Positions 31,124 to 42,066 of a DNA stretch of 64,000 nt are shown in pieces. A program made the translations under genes and the position numbers. The stretch covers positions 5,334 to 69,333 of the forward strand of contig CALINO010000034.1 of the NCBI GenBank assembly GCA_938045295.1, read 5' to 3'. Positions within the stretch are counted from its first letter, which is position 1, and every line of letters starts with the position of its first letter. The notes beneath the pieces were generated by a model, which searched no databases, was not told the origin of the DNA, and saw only the letters and a program-made list of their open reading frames with translations. This DNA comes from an uncultured Arenicella sp. Lineage in GTDB: Bacteria > Pseudomonadota > Gammaproteobacteria > Arenicellales > Arenicellaceae.

Positions 31124-34100
31124 TTAATGCGCCACCATTGCCGCGGCTTCGGCCACGTCCACCGCCACCAAGCGCGACACACCTGGTTCGGCCATAGTAA
31201 CGCCAACCAATATATCAGACACTTCCATGGTGATTTTATTATGCGTGATGAACAATAACTGAGTTTTCTCGCCCAGTTGCTTTAACACGCCGGCATAGCG
31301 CTCAACGTTGGCGTCATCCATTGGCGCATCGACCTCATCAAGCACGCAAAATGGCGCTGGGTTCAATTCAAAGAACGCAAACAGCAATGACACCGCGGTT
31401 AGTGCTTTTTCACCGCCCGATAATAGATGAATGGTGCTGTTTCGCTTGCCCGGCGGCCTTGCCATTACGCCCACACCGGTGTTGAGTAAATCATTGCCGG
31501 TGAGTTCTAAATAAGCGCTGCCACCACCAAAGAGTTTTGGAAAAAACTCTTTGAAACCTTCGTTAAGCAAGTCAAACGTTTCTTTAAAGCGGCTGCGCGT
31601 TTCTTTATCAATTTTATTAATTGCCGCTTCTAAGGTGGCCATGGCCTCCGTTAAGTCGGCGTGTTGCTTATCTAAATAAACTTTACGTTCTGAGCACTCT
31701 TCGTATTCGTCGATTGCCACCAAATTCACTGCGCCAATTCGCTCTAATTTACGAATAGTGTCTTGCAAGTCTTTCTCAATTTGAATGAGATCAAAGTCTT
31801 CAGGCAAATTCTGCTGCATGATCAGCATTTGCTCTTCGTCTTTTTGCATGCCTTCGGCAATGGTGTCGCGGCGCACTAACAATTCTTGGCGTGCCATACG
31901 AATTTTTTCAAGGCTATCGCGCACAGTCTGCGACTGTCGATCAAAGCCCATGCGTGCTTGATCGGCGTTCTTCATTTGGTTTTCAAACTCGCTGACGTCA
32001 TTACGCGCTTTAGTCAACTCGCCTTCCACACCCAAACGGCGCTCGATCAAACTTTGCAATTGCTCTCTTAATTCAGCGGTGGGATCTTCGTCCGCATCGA
32101 TCAATGTCGCCAACTCGGTTCTGCGTGCTGACTGCCCTTCCAATTGTTGCGTTAACCGGGTAATACTTTCCATCAAGCTGGTTTTGCTTGATTGCGCACG
32201 TTCCAATTCCATTTGTTTAGATTGCAATTGATCGCGAGCGCTGCGTTCTTGGCCTTTGGATATTTCCAAGGTTTCGTTCAAGTTTGACCGCTGGTTAGTC
32301 AACTCTTCGCGCCTTGCCGCAAAGTTCATGGCAAGCTCTTTGGCGTCTTCCATCAACTTTTGCGCGGTACTCACGGCATCTTTGGCGTTCGCTAACTGAT
32401 CGGCCAAGCCTTGCTGTTCAAGCACTAAATTATCACGCTGAGTTAACAACTCTGCGCTGCGAGCTTCAATACCACTGAGTTTGTTTCTTAACTCACTGCG
32501 TTGATGAGAGCGACTACGGAAATCGTTACGGCACTGCTCGCGCGAGGTTTCAAGTTCTTTAATCTTAGCTTGCGCAGACTCAACCTGTGACTGAATGTTC
32601 TGCAAATCGTGGCTGGCAATACTCACGGCATCGGTGAGTTTTTCAATTTGCGCTTCACGCTGCAATAAACCGCCTTCGGCTTTATCCACACCAAACGATG
32701 CCCAATTAGTACCTAACCAACAGCCCTCGCGGGTAACAATGGACTCATGCGCTTTCAATAAATGGCGATTTTGCAGTGCGTCAGCCACGCTATCACAGAC
32801 ATAAACACCGTAAAACCAACCTTCCACTTGAACTTCTTTAGCGCTGACTTTGTCGGCTAACGCGTCGAGTTTGCTCACACTGGGCTGTTCGGCTGGCGCT
32901 GAGCTTTGATCGACCACCCAGACACGGCCTTCTTTAAAGGCATCAAAGTCATTAGCCAATTCTTCTAGCTTTTGCACAGACACTGCATTTAACTGACGAC
33001 TTAAGACGGTATCAACGGCTAATTCCCAGCCACTTTTAACCACCAATTGTGATGCTAAGCGCTGGTTTTCTTTGATGCCGCGCGTTTGCATCCACTTGTT
33101 TATTTCTTTGTTGTCTTCGCCTAAAGCCGCTGCCTGCAAGGCTTTGAGCGAGTTTAGTTGCGCAGAATCATCTTGCAATTTATGTCGAACAAGATTGTAA
33201 CGCTCACGGTTTTCATCTAACTGCGTACGCATATCCACCACTTGCTGATCTTGCTCTTGCAGCGTGGCTTCTAGCTCAGAGCACTCCAGGTCAACGGTTT
33301 CAACCGACTCTTTAAGTTGTTGAATTTCTTCGATATTGAGCTTTTCTTCAATTTCATGCAATGTGCCAGCCACTTGTTCACTTCGCTGTGTGAAGTGGTG
33401 AATTTGCCGCTCTTGTTCTTCAATGCGAGTTTGTTGAACTTCGCGCTCGCGCTCTGGGTTAGCGGCATCGGCATTAAGTTGCTGCCACTCTTCTTGCCAA
33501 GCTTGAAACTCTTCATCGGCTTGTTGAAACTTGGCCAAAGCAACTTCGTAGGCTTCGGCCAGCTCCTCCACCATGGGCTCCAGTTCCACTTCAATGGTGG
33601 CCGCCTCTTCCATTCGGCTTTGATCCATTTGCAAGTGCTGTTGCGCTTCGCGCTCAGTATCAGCCAAACGTTTGAATTCGTCCTGTTGTTGTTGACGCGT
33701 TACTCGAGCATGTTCGATGGATTGCTCAAGCGCCGCAATTTCACCGCCCACGCCATAATATTCAGCCTGCACCACGTTCAACGCTTCCGTCAGTTCGGTT
33801 TGCTGCTGACGCATGGCTTCAATTTGCGACTCAACATCTCGCTGCTCAGACACCTGAGCTTCAAACTCTGTTTGCAGCCGCTCTAATTCAAGGTCTTTGG
33901 CTTGAACCTGCTCATGCAAGGTTGACCAACGCAGCGTTTTTAAGGTGCTATCAAGCTCACGCTGCTCCTCTTTGAGCTTTTTATAGCGTTCGGCTTCATT
34001 GGCTTGACGCTTCAAGCGTCGTAATTGAGTTTCTAGCTCGCCAACAATGTCTTCCACACGGCTAAGGTTGTCTCGCGTGTGCCTAATTCGGTTTTCAGTT

Positions 34101-34636
34101 TCACGGCGGCGTTCTTTGTATTTTGAAATGCCGGCGGCTTCTTCAATTAACACTCGCAAGTCTTCGGGCTTAGATTCAACAATACGCCCGACCATGCCTT
34201 GCTCAATGATCGAGTAAGAACGTGGCCCTAAACCGGTGCCTAAGAAAATGTCTTGAATGTCTTTTCTTCGACAACGCCCTTTATTAATGAAGTACTTAGA
34301 ACCACCTTCTCTGGTTAATTCTCTGCGAATGGCAATTTCAGCAAACTTTGCCCATGACCCTGGCGCTGAGCCATCGGAGTTATCGAACACCAGTTCTACG
34401 TAAGCCCGGTTTACCGGTTTGCGTGCCGCAGAGCCATTAAAAATGACGTCTTCCATGCTGTCGCCGCGCAAGTTTTTTGCCGATGACTCACCCATTACCC
34501 AACGAATGGCATCAATTACGTTGGACTTACCGCAACCGTTCGGCCCAACAATGCCAATGAGGTTATTAGGCACAGACACTTTGGTTGTGTCTACAAACGA
34601 CTTAAAGCCTGATAATTTAATGTGTTTTAAGCGCAT
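31124..34636 (-). CDS. smc: Chromosome segregation protein SMC
   Basis: GFKSF, GPNGCGKSN, coiled coils with a central hinge, LSGGEKAL, LDEVDAP, FITHN. Confidence 0.98.
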   Translation of the reverse strand: MRLKHIKLSGFKSFVDTTKVSVPNNLIGIVGPNGCGKSNVIDAIRWVMGESSAKNLRGDSMEDVIFNGSAARKPVNRAYVELVFDNSDGSAPGSWAKFAEIAIRRELTREGGSKYFINKGRCRRKDIQDIFLGTGLGPRSYSIIEQGMVGRIVESKPEDLRVLIEEAAGISKYKERRRETENRIRHTRDNLSRVEDIVGELETQLRRLKRQANEAERYKKLKEEQRELDSTLKTLRWSTLHEQVQAKDLELERLQTEFEAQVSEQRDVESQIEAMRQQQTELTEALNVVQAEYYGVGGEIAALEQSIEHARVTRQQQQDEFKRLADTEREAQQHLQMDQSRMEEAATIEVELEPMVEELAEAYEVALAKFQQADEEFQAWQEEWQQLNADAANPEREREVQQTRIEEQERQIHHFTQRSEQVAGTLHEIEEKLNIEEIQQLKESVETVDLECSELEATLQEQDQQVVDMRTQLDENRERYNLVRHKLQDDSAQLNSLKALQAAALGEDNKEINKWMQTRGIKENQRLASQLVVKSGWELAVDTVLSRQLNAVSVQKLEELANDFDAFKEGRVWVVDQSSAPAEQPSVSKLDALADKVSAKEVQVEGWFYGVYVCDSVADALQNRHLLKAHESIVTREGCWLGTNWASFGVDKAEGGLLQREAQIEKLTDAVSIASHDLQNIQSQVESAQAKIKELETSREQCRNDFRSRSHQRSELRNKLSGIEARSAELLTQRDNLVLEQQGLADQLANAKDAVSTAQKLMEDAKELAMNFAARREELTNQRSNLNETLEISKGQERSARDQLQSKQMELERAQSSKTSLMESITRLTQQLEGQSARRTELATLIDADEDPTAELREQLQSLIERRLGVEGELTKARNDVSEFENQMKNADQARMGFDRQSQTVRDSLEKIRMARQELLVRRDTIAEGMQKDEEQMLIMQQNLPEDFDLIQIEKDLQDTIRKLERIGAVNLVAIDEYEECSERKVYLDKQHADLTEAMATLEAAINKIDKETRSRFKETFDLLNEGFKEFFPKLFGGGSAYLELTGNDLLNTGVGVMARPPGKRNSTIHLLSGGEKALTAVSLLFAFFELNPAPFCVLDEVDAPMDDANVERYAGVLKQLGEKTQLLFITHNKITMEVSDILVGVTMAEPGVSRLVAVDVAEAAAMVAH

Positions 34637-35108
34637 TAATAATCCTTCGCCGACCCAGATTTATCATTATTTTTATATGATTTTCAATTGTTTAGCTTAA
34701 GCCAAAACAAGTTGAACGCGAAATAAATAACACAAGCGTAATGCCATTAATTGTTATTATTAAAACCATCTTTGGAGGCCAATTACGTACTATAACGCCA
34801 GTACAAAATGTACGTTAGCGGCCAGACAAAATAGTAAGTCGATATATTCTGTGTTCAGCGATTAAATTTCGATTCTATTATGTAATTATGTTCCGCCAAA
34901 CAAAGCTGACTGAATGTTTAATCTAAACTGTAAGAGTAAGGTAAAATCGACTTAGATAAAACCATTGTTTGCGATTATTGTTTTGTGATTATTGGCTAAT
35001 TTCACACTCTCACCAGTAAAAACGCAGTAAACGCATTTTGAAAACAAATTGAAAGCAAAGTAGACACAGTTTAACCATACCGCACAGACCCATTTGAACG
35101 TTACTAAG

Positions 35109-35876
35109 ATGCTGACACACGCACAAATACAACAATTTAAAATTGATGGTTACTTAGTTCTACCCAACCTTTTTAACGCCAACGCGACTGAGCGGTTGCG
35201 CTTACTTACGCAATCGCAGATCAAACAACGTGCGCAACCCTATGAACTTGAAGCCGACGTACGCTACCCCGGCGCACCGGAAAACCCGCAAGCACTGGGT
35301 GGGCAAACCATTAGACGCATAAAAATGGCTTATCAGCGCGCTAAAGAATACGCCGAAGTGGCTACAGACCCGCGCATTATTGAGCCCATTCGGCAAATTT
35401 TAGGCGGCGACAGTTTGTATATAAACCCCAATCACCATAATTGCGTGATGACTAAGCTGCCGCAGTTTAGTTCAGTTACGCATTGGCACCGAGATACGCG
35501 TTATTGGAACTTTGACAACAAATACTTATTGAATGCTTGGGTGGCATTGGGCGATGAACATCAAGCCAATGGCTGCATGAAGTTATTGCCAGGCTCACAC
35601 CGCTGGGATGTGCGCCAACAAGCCTTAGACGAAGCGCAGTTTCTCATTCCTGACCACCCCGATAACCAGTGGCGCTTAGAGACAGCACGCCTTGTGGAGT
35701 TAAATGCGGGCGATGTATTACTGTTCAGTGCACACTGCTTTCATGCCGCTGGCAAAAACACCACCGATCAGGCTAAGTTTTCGATGGTGTTCACTTATCA
35801 CAATGAAAGTACGCAAGCCTTAGCCAACACAAATTCAGCCAACCTTGCGCCCATAGGAATACAAACTTTGAGCTAG
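35109..35876 (+). CDS. Phytanoyl-CoA dioxygenase (PhyH) family Fe(II)/2-oxoglutarate enzyme
   Basis: WHRD (HxD), NAWVALGD, NGCMKLLPGSH, GDVLLFSAHCFHAAG. Confidence 0.85.
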   Translation: MLTHAQIQQFKIDGYLVLPNLFNANATERLRLLTQSQIKQRAQPYELEADVRYPGAPENPQALGGQTIRRIKMAYQRAKEYAEVATDPRIIEPIRQILGGDSLYINPNHHNCVMTKLPQFSSVTHWHRDTRYWNFDNKYLLNAWVALGDEHQANGCMKLLPGSHRWDVRQQALDEAQFLIPDHPDNQWRLETARLVELNAGDVLLFSAHCFHAAGKNTTDQAKFSMVFTYHNESTQALANTNSANLAPIGIQTLS

Positions 35877-35920
35877 TGGTTTCAAAGACTAGTGGTTTCA
35901 AAGACTGGTGGTTTCAAAAA
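35873..35920 (+). repeat. 16-bp tandem repeat x3 starting on the PhyH stop codon
   Basis: CTAGTGGTTTCAAAGA CTAGTGGTTTCAAAGA CTGGTGGTTTCAAAAA. Confidence 0.9.
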
Positions 35921-35927
35921 GGAGTAC

Positions 35928-35958
35928 ACGAGCACGTTATCAATAGTTAAGTGCTCGT
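35928..35958. terminator. Possible hairpin between convergent genes
   Basis: ACGAGCAC-15 nt-GTGCTCGT; large loop and no clear U tract. Confidence 0.35.
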
Positions 35959-35977
35959 TAGCAGCAGCAAACAGGCG

Positions 35978-36316
35978 TTAGTTTTTCTTAACCACGCTGG
36001 ACTTTAACTTCATGGCCCCTAACCCATCGATTTTGCAATCAATGTCGTGGCCATCAACCACATATTCTGGGTCTAGCACGCGAATATTTTTAACTTTGGT
36101 GCCCACTTTAACCACCGACGAGGAGCCTTTGATTTTAAGGTCTCTGATGACGGTAACCGAATCACCCGATTGCAATGGGTTACCGTTAGAGCAGCGCACG
36201 GTGTTAGCCTCGGCCGCTTGCGCCTCATTCCATTCATGCCCGCATTCGGGGCATACGGTGTTGTCACGATCTAGGTATGTGTATTCACACTGACATTTCG
36301 GGCAAGCAGACGGCAT
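35978..36316 (-). CDS. yjdM: Zinc-ribbon protein YjdM/PhnA family
   Basis: CPKC...YTY...[47 protein letters not shown]. Confidence 0.9.
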   Translation of the reverse strand: MPSACPKCQCEYTYLDRDNTVCPECGHEWNEAQAAEANTVRCSNGNPLQSGDSVTVIRDLKIKGSSSVVKVGTKVKNIRVLDPEYVVDGHDIDCKIDGLGAMKLKSSVVKKN

Positions 36317-36380
36317 AGCGGCTCTTTAATCAAAAATAATGAGGTTATTAACTAACAAGCTGTTAGAAACGAGCGTCTAT

Positions 36381-36953
36381 CTAGTAGTCGAACTCTTCGG
36401 CGTCCATATCAAGCTTAACCAAATTGTCGCGATAGTAACGCAGCTCTTCGATGGATTCCTTAATGTCGTCCAAGGCTTGATGCGAAGCGCGTTTGTCAAA
36501 GCCGCCTAAAATACTGGGCGACCATTGACGAGCCACTTCTTTGAAGGAACTCACATCAATGTTGCGGTAATGCAGCCAGTCGCTCAGTTCAGGCATGTAT
36601 TTGTACAGAAAACGTCGATCTTGGCAGATACTATTGCCGCACAGCGGGGCTCTGTTTTTCAAGGTGTGGCGCTGAATGAAATCCAGTGTTTCTATTTCCG
36701 CTTGACGTTCGGTTACACGCGATGTTTTCACTTTGGTAACCAAGCCAGTTTTATTATGAGTGCGCGTATTCCACTCATCCATGCCATCAAGCAGCTCATT
36801 GGGCTGATTAATAACAATGACCGGGCCTTCTGCAATAACGCGCAAGTCGCCGTCGGTAATGATGGTGGCCATTTCAATTATTCGGTCTTTTTCAGGTTCA
36901 AGACCCGTCATTTCTAGGTCCATCCAAACCCAGGCATTATGATGTGGTGGCAC
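36381..36953 (-). CDS. orn: Oligoribonuclease
   Basis: WMDLEMTGL, CGNSICQDRRFL, HYRNIDVSS, HQALDDIKESIEEL. Confidence 0.97.
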   Translation of the reverse strand: MPPHHNAWVWMDLEMTGLEPEKDRIIEMATIITDGDLRVIAEGPVIVINQPNELLDGMDEWNTRTHNKTGLVTKVKTSRVTERQAEIETLDFIQRHTLKNRAPLCGNSICQDRRFLYKYMPELSDWLHYRNIDVSSFKEVARQWSPSILGGFDKRASHQALDDIKESIEELRYYRDNLVKLDMDAEEFDY

Positions 36954-37065
36954 TCGCCGGCTCCTTACTATTTAAAATAGTGGTATATTTGTTTTTCGGT
37001 GCCGCATTTATACAACGCGCCCGACAAACTCATTATTAAAATTACAATCAGTGCTGAAGGATACT

Positions 37066-37407
37066 ATGAACTACACCCTCGATAAACTACTTGAATCAAA
37101 GTGTGCGCCTATTAGCCATGAAAGTGCGCCATTAAATCTTACCGACATCGAGCACCTTCGTGAACTGACCCCAAATTGGCAATATTGCGCCACTGAAAAT
37201 GTGTTATCTCAAACGTTTCATTTTGATCACTACAGTAAAGTCATTGAAGTGGTTAATTTGATCGCCAAAGTGGCGGACAAAGAAGACCACCACCCAGACA
37301 TGTACGTTAGCTATGGCCGCTGCAAGGTCAGTTACTCCACTCACAGCGTCAACGGCATCACCATTAATGACTTTATATGTGCGGCTAAAGTAGACCAATT
37401 GGTTTAA
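37066..37407 (+). CDS. phhB: Pterin-4-alpha-carbinolamine dehydratase
   Basis: EDHHPD, YSTHSVNGITINDFICAAK. A GAAGGA RBS precedes the ATG at 37066. Confidence 0.88.
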   Translation: MNYTLDKLLESKCAPISHESAPLNLTDIEHLRELTPNWQYCATENVLSQTFHFDHYSKVIEVVNLIAKVADKEDHHPDMYVSYGRCKVSYSTHSVNGITINDFICAAKVDQLV

Positions 37408-37462
37408 GTTTTACGCCCCACTTTAGGCAAACTTTAACTTCTAAAGTACGTCAGCCATACCG

Positions 37463-38227
37463 CTACGCCTGAGCACTGCGTTGGCGCACAATTTCATACA
37501 AACAAACGCCAGTCGCGACCGAAACGTTCAAACTGGAAACCACCACACCGGCCATTGGCAAGCTGACTAAAGAGTCACACTTAGACTCAGTCAGCGGGCG
37601 TAAGCCCTTACCTTCAGCGCCCATCACAATGGCAATGGGGGCGGTTAAATTTTCTTGGTACACCGAATGCTTGGCTTTGTCAGAGGTGCCAAATACCCAA
37701 ATGCCTTGCTGCTTAATCACATCCAGTGCACGAGCTAAGTTAGTGACCCTAAAAATAGGCATGGTTTCAGCCGCACCACTGGCCACTTTTTGCACCACCG
37801 GTGTCATCGGGCTGGCATTATCTTTGGCCACAATGACCGCATGAGCACCGGCGGCATCGGCGGTTCGCAAACACGCGCCAAAGTTGTGCGGGTCTTGCAC
37901 TTGATCCAGCACTAGCAATAAAGGCGTTTGACCGCTGTTTAACAAGTCGGCCGTAAACACTTCCAAATCACGCTCATTACCGTCTTTTTTCGGTCGCACT
38001 TCTAAGGCTATGCTTTGATGCTGTTCACTGCCACAGCGCTTACTGAGTGCCTTTTTATCCACCGGGTGAATCGGCAAGCCAATCGTTTGAGCTTGATCAA
38101 GCATGGCGCTCTGTGATTTATTATTAGGGTTAATAACCGCCCACAATGAAATAGCGCGTTCAGGGCTAAGTTGCAATACCGCGGCAACCGCATGATAGCC
38201 GGTTACCCAAACTGATTGTTTTGCCAT
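37463..38227 (-). CDS. rlmB: 23S rRNA Gm2251 methyltransferase
   Basis: LDQVQDPHNFGACLRTA, VMGAEGKGLR, SLNVSVATG; follows rnr. Confidence 0.95.
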   Translation of the reverse strand: MAKQSVWVTGYHAVAAVLQLSPERAISLWAVINPNNKSQSAMLDQAQTIGLPIHPVDKKALSKRCGSEQHQSIALEVRPKKDGNERDLEVFTADLLNSGQTPLLLVLDQVQDPHNFGACLRTADAAGAHAVIVAKDNASPMTPVVQKVASGAAETMPIFRVTNLARALDVIKQQGIWVFGTSDKAKHSVYQENLTAPIAIVMGAEGKGLRPLTESKCDSLVSLPMAGVVVSSLNVSVATGVCLYEIVRQRSAQA

Positions 38228-38327
38228 TATGTGTAAATACTCTCGGAGTTTTTGCTGTTAAGTTTAGCGTTAGGTGCAGTTAAGCTGAGTGCTAAACTTG
38301 ATTTTCTAGGTACAAAGCAATCAACAC

Positions 38328-40685
38328 TTAGCGCTTCTTACCGCCTCGTTTTTTACCTTTATGGGCGTAAGAGGCCTTGCCTTGTGGCTTACGTGCCCCG
38401 CCCTTTTTATGACGACTGTATTTTTCATCTTTCACTTCAGTCAGTGCAAAGTCTATACGCCCTTGCTCCATGTCTACCCGAGACACTTGTATTTCTAAGC
38501 GGTCGCCAGTTTTGTACACTTTTCCGGAGTGCTCACCGACTAACTGTCGGCGGTCCGAATCATAATGATAATAGTCACGCCCTAATGACGTGATGTGAAC
38601 CAAGCCGTCTATATAGAACTGCTCTAACTCCACGAACAAGCCAAACTCGGTCACGCTGGTGACAATGCCTTGCAGTCGGTCGCCAATTTTGTGGCTCATG
38701 AATTCACACTTTAACCACTGAATGGCTTCACGCGTGGCCGACTCAGCACGCCGTTCGGTCATGGAAGTTTGTTCGGTGGCTTTCTCCATTTGCTGCAAAC
38801 GATCATCACCGTCAACCAGGTCTGGATTATCCAATAAACGCCGTATCTGGCGATGCACTAACAAATCTGGGTAACGACGAATGGGCGATGTGAAATGAGT
38901 GTACGAATCAAAATCTAAGGCAAAATGCCCTGAATTTTCAACATCATAGCGCGCTTGTTTCATGCTTCTTAGCAACGCCGTTTGCACTATTTTTGAAGTA
39001 AGCGGGTCATTAATCTGAGCAATGACTTCAGAAAAATCTTTAGGGGTTGGCTGGTCGCCCCCCTTCAATAGCAGTTTGAATTGGCGCAAGAAAACTCGAG
39101 TGTCTTCAATGCGATCTTCGTCGGGCTGATCGTGCACACGATACACACCAACAGCACCGGAATCATCCAGCATTAAAGAGGCACAAATGTTAGCCGCCAA
39201 CATGCATTCTTCAATCAGGCGATGCGCGTCATTGCGTTCACGCGCATCAACACGCTTAATTTTTCGCTCTTCATCGAACACAATCACCGGTTCGGGAATT
39301 TCAAACTCAATGGCACCGGTTTTGCGGCGACGCTTACCAAGTAACTGAGCAACCTGGTAAAGGTTGTGTATGTCTTGATGCAACTCACTGGGTATTTCTT
39401 TTTGCTCGCCACTGTCTTGCTCATTCTTATCTTGCTGACCCTTATTTTGCTCATCCTTATCTTGCTGACCACTGTCGCCCTGTTCTGCGCCGTCGGCCTG
39501 CTCTTCAGGGTTGCCTTCAAGCAGTTTGGACACTTGTGTGTAGGTTAAGCGCGCATGCGAACGCATCACCGCTTGATAAAAATCGTAGGTGTGTATTTCG
39601 CCGTCCGCGTCTATTTCCATGTCACAGACAAAACACAAACGGTTAACGTTCGGGTTTAACGAGCACAGCCCGTTTGACAATACCTCAGGCAGCATTGGTA
39701 TGACATTATTAGGGAAATAAACCGAGGTACCACGTTGCCAAGCTTCTAAATCCAGCGGGCTGCCTTCGGTAACGTAGCTGGAAACATCAGCAATGGCGAC
39801 AATGAGCCGACTACGGCCATTCTTTAACGGCTCACAGTACACCGCATCGTCAAAATCACGCGCGTCTTCGCCGTCAATTGTCACTAACGGCAAGTCTCGA
39901 ATGTCTTTTCTACCGGCAAAGTCTTTTTCTTGCACTTCGTCGGCAAAACTTTTTATTTGCCGTTCCACGTTTTGTGGCCATTGGTGTGGTAATTGATGTT
40001 TGCGTATGGCAATTTCAATTTCCATACCCGGCGATAAATAGTCACCCAACACTTCAACAACTTCACCAATGGGTTGAAAATGTTTGGTTGGATGTTTGGT
40101 TATTTTTACTGACACCACTTGCCCAGGCTCAGCGCCGGCTGTATGTTCTTTGAGCACAAAGATGTCTTGGCCAATACGCTGATCGTCGGGCACCACGAAG
40201 TGCAAATTATTTTCAGTGAAATACCGGCCAACAACGTTTTGGTTTGCACGCTCAACAATCTCGGTAATCATGCCAAACAGTTTGCCACGCCGATCGCGGC
40301 CAGTAATGCGCACATTAACCACGTCATTGTGCAAGGCTTCGCGCATTTCATGGGTGCGCAAAAACACTTTTTCTTTAGTGCTGTCGGTCAACACGTACCC
40401 ATGACCGTCTACGTGGCCAACAATACGCCCACGGTGCTCAATAATGGCGTGTTTCATGGCCCAACGGTGCTTGCTAAGTTGAGTAACTTCACCGCTGTCG
40501 CGCAGCTGTTCTAAGATGGCGAACGTTTCTTGCCGCCCTTCTTTTCCAACTCGCCCTAGAGTTTCAGCAATTGATTTAGTATTTGCTGGCTCCGTCCTTT
40601 GAGATAGATATTTGAGCACAATACTTGTGCTCAAACTCTTATGTTTCCTAGTTTTAGTTTTATTTTTTATCGTTTTTTTATTCAA
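38328..40685 (-). CDS. rnr: Ribonuclease R
   Basis: TIDGEDARDFDDA, RGTSVYFP, LIEECMLAAN, HFTSPIRRYPDL, S1 domain and a basic tail. Confidence 0.97.
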   Translation of the reverse strand: MNKKTIKNKTKTRKHKSLSTSIVLKYLSQRTEPANTKSIAETLGRVGKEGRQETFAILEQLRDSGEVTQLSKHRWAMKHAIIEHRGRIVGHVDGHGYVLTDSTKEKVFLRTHEMREALHNDVVNVRITGRDRRGKLFGMITEIVERANQNVVGRYFTENNLHFVVPDDQRIGQDIFVLKEHTAGAEPGQVVSVKITKHPTKHFQPIGEVVEVLGDYLSPGMEIEIAIRKHQLPHQWPQNVERQIKSFADEVQEKDFAGRKDIRDLPLVTIDGEDARDFDDAVYCEPLKNGRSRLIVAIADVSSYVTEGSPLDLEAWQRGTSVYFPNNVIPMLPEVLSNGLCSLNPNVNRLCFVCDMEIDADGEIHTYDFYQAVMRSHARLTYTQVSKLLEGNPEEQADGAEQGDSGQQDKDEQNKGQQDKNEQDSGEQKEIPSELHQDIHNLYQVAQLLGKRRRKTGAIEFEIPEPVIVFDEERKIKRVDARERNDAHRLIEECMLAANICASLMLDDSGAVGVYRVHDQPDEDRIEDTRVFLRQFKLLLKGGDQPTPKDFSEVIAQINDPLTSKIVQTALLRSMKQARYDVENSGHFALDFDSYTHFTSPIRRYPDLLVHRQIRRLLDNPDLVDGDDRLQQMEKATEQTSMTERRAESATREAIQWLKCEFMSHKIGDRLQGIVTSVTEFGLFVELEQFYIDGLVHITSLGRDYYHYDSDRRQLVGEHSGKVYKTGDRLEIQVSRVDMEQGRIDFALTEVKDEKYSRHKKGGARKPQGKASYAHKGKKRGGKKR
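39402..39480 (-). repeat. About 2.6 copies of a 30-bp (5 x 15-bp) repeat inside rnr
   Basis: Plus strand TTGCTCGCCACTGTCTTGCTCATTCTTATC / TTGCTGACCCTTATTTTGCTCATCCTTATC / TTGCTGACCACTGTC; encodes DSGQQDKDEQNKGQQDKNEQDSGEQ. Confidence 0.85.
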
Positions 40686-40730
40686 ATTTTATTCTTTTCC
40701 TAAACCTTTACGTTAGCCATTCGGCTTCTT

Positions 40731-42038
<1,308 letters not shown>

Positions 42039-42066
42039 TTATTCTGCTTATGATTGAATGACGTGA

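Noticed and set aside
32682-32690. TTATCCACA DnaA box
   Set aside because: A single copy inside smc, with no cluster or origin context.
33317-33886. 189-aa plus-strand ORF (and similar ORFs opposite cobQ, cobC, ssb, rnr and amiB)
   Set aside because: Fully antisense to well-supported genes, with no recognisable motifs; expected shadow ORFs.
38252-38593. 113-aa ORF overlapping the rnr 3' end
   Set aside because: Mostly antisense to rnr, TTG start, no family motif.
39311-39325. TGGCAC-N5-TTGC sigma-54-like motif
   Set aside because: Inside rnr on the antisense strand with no downstream gene; a 10-bp match is plausible by chance.
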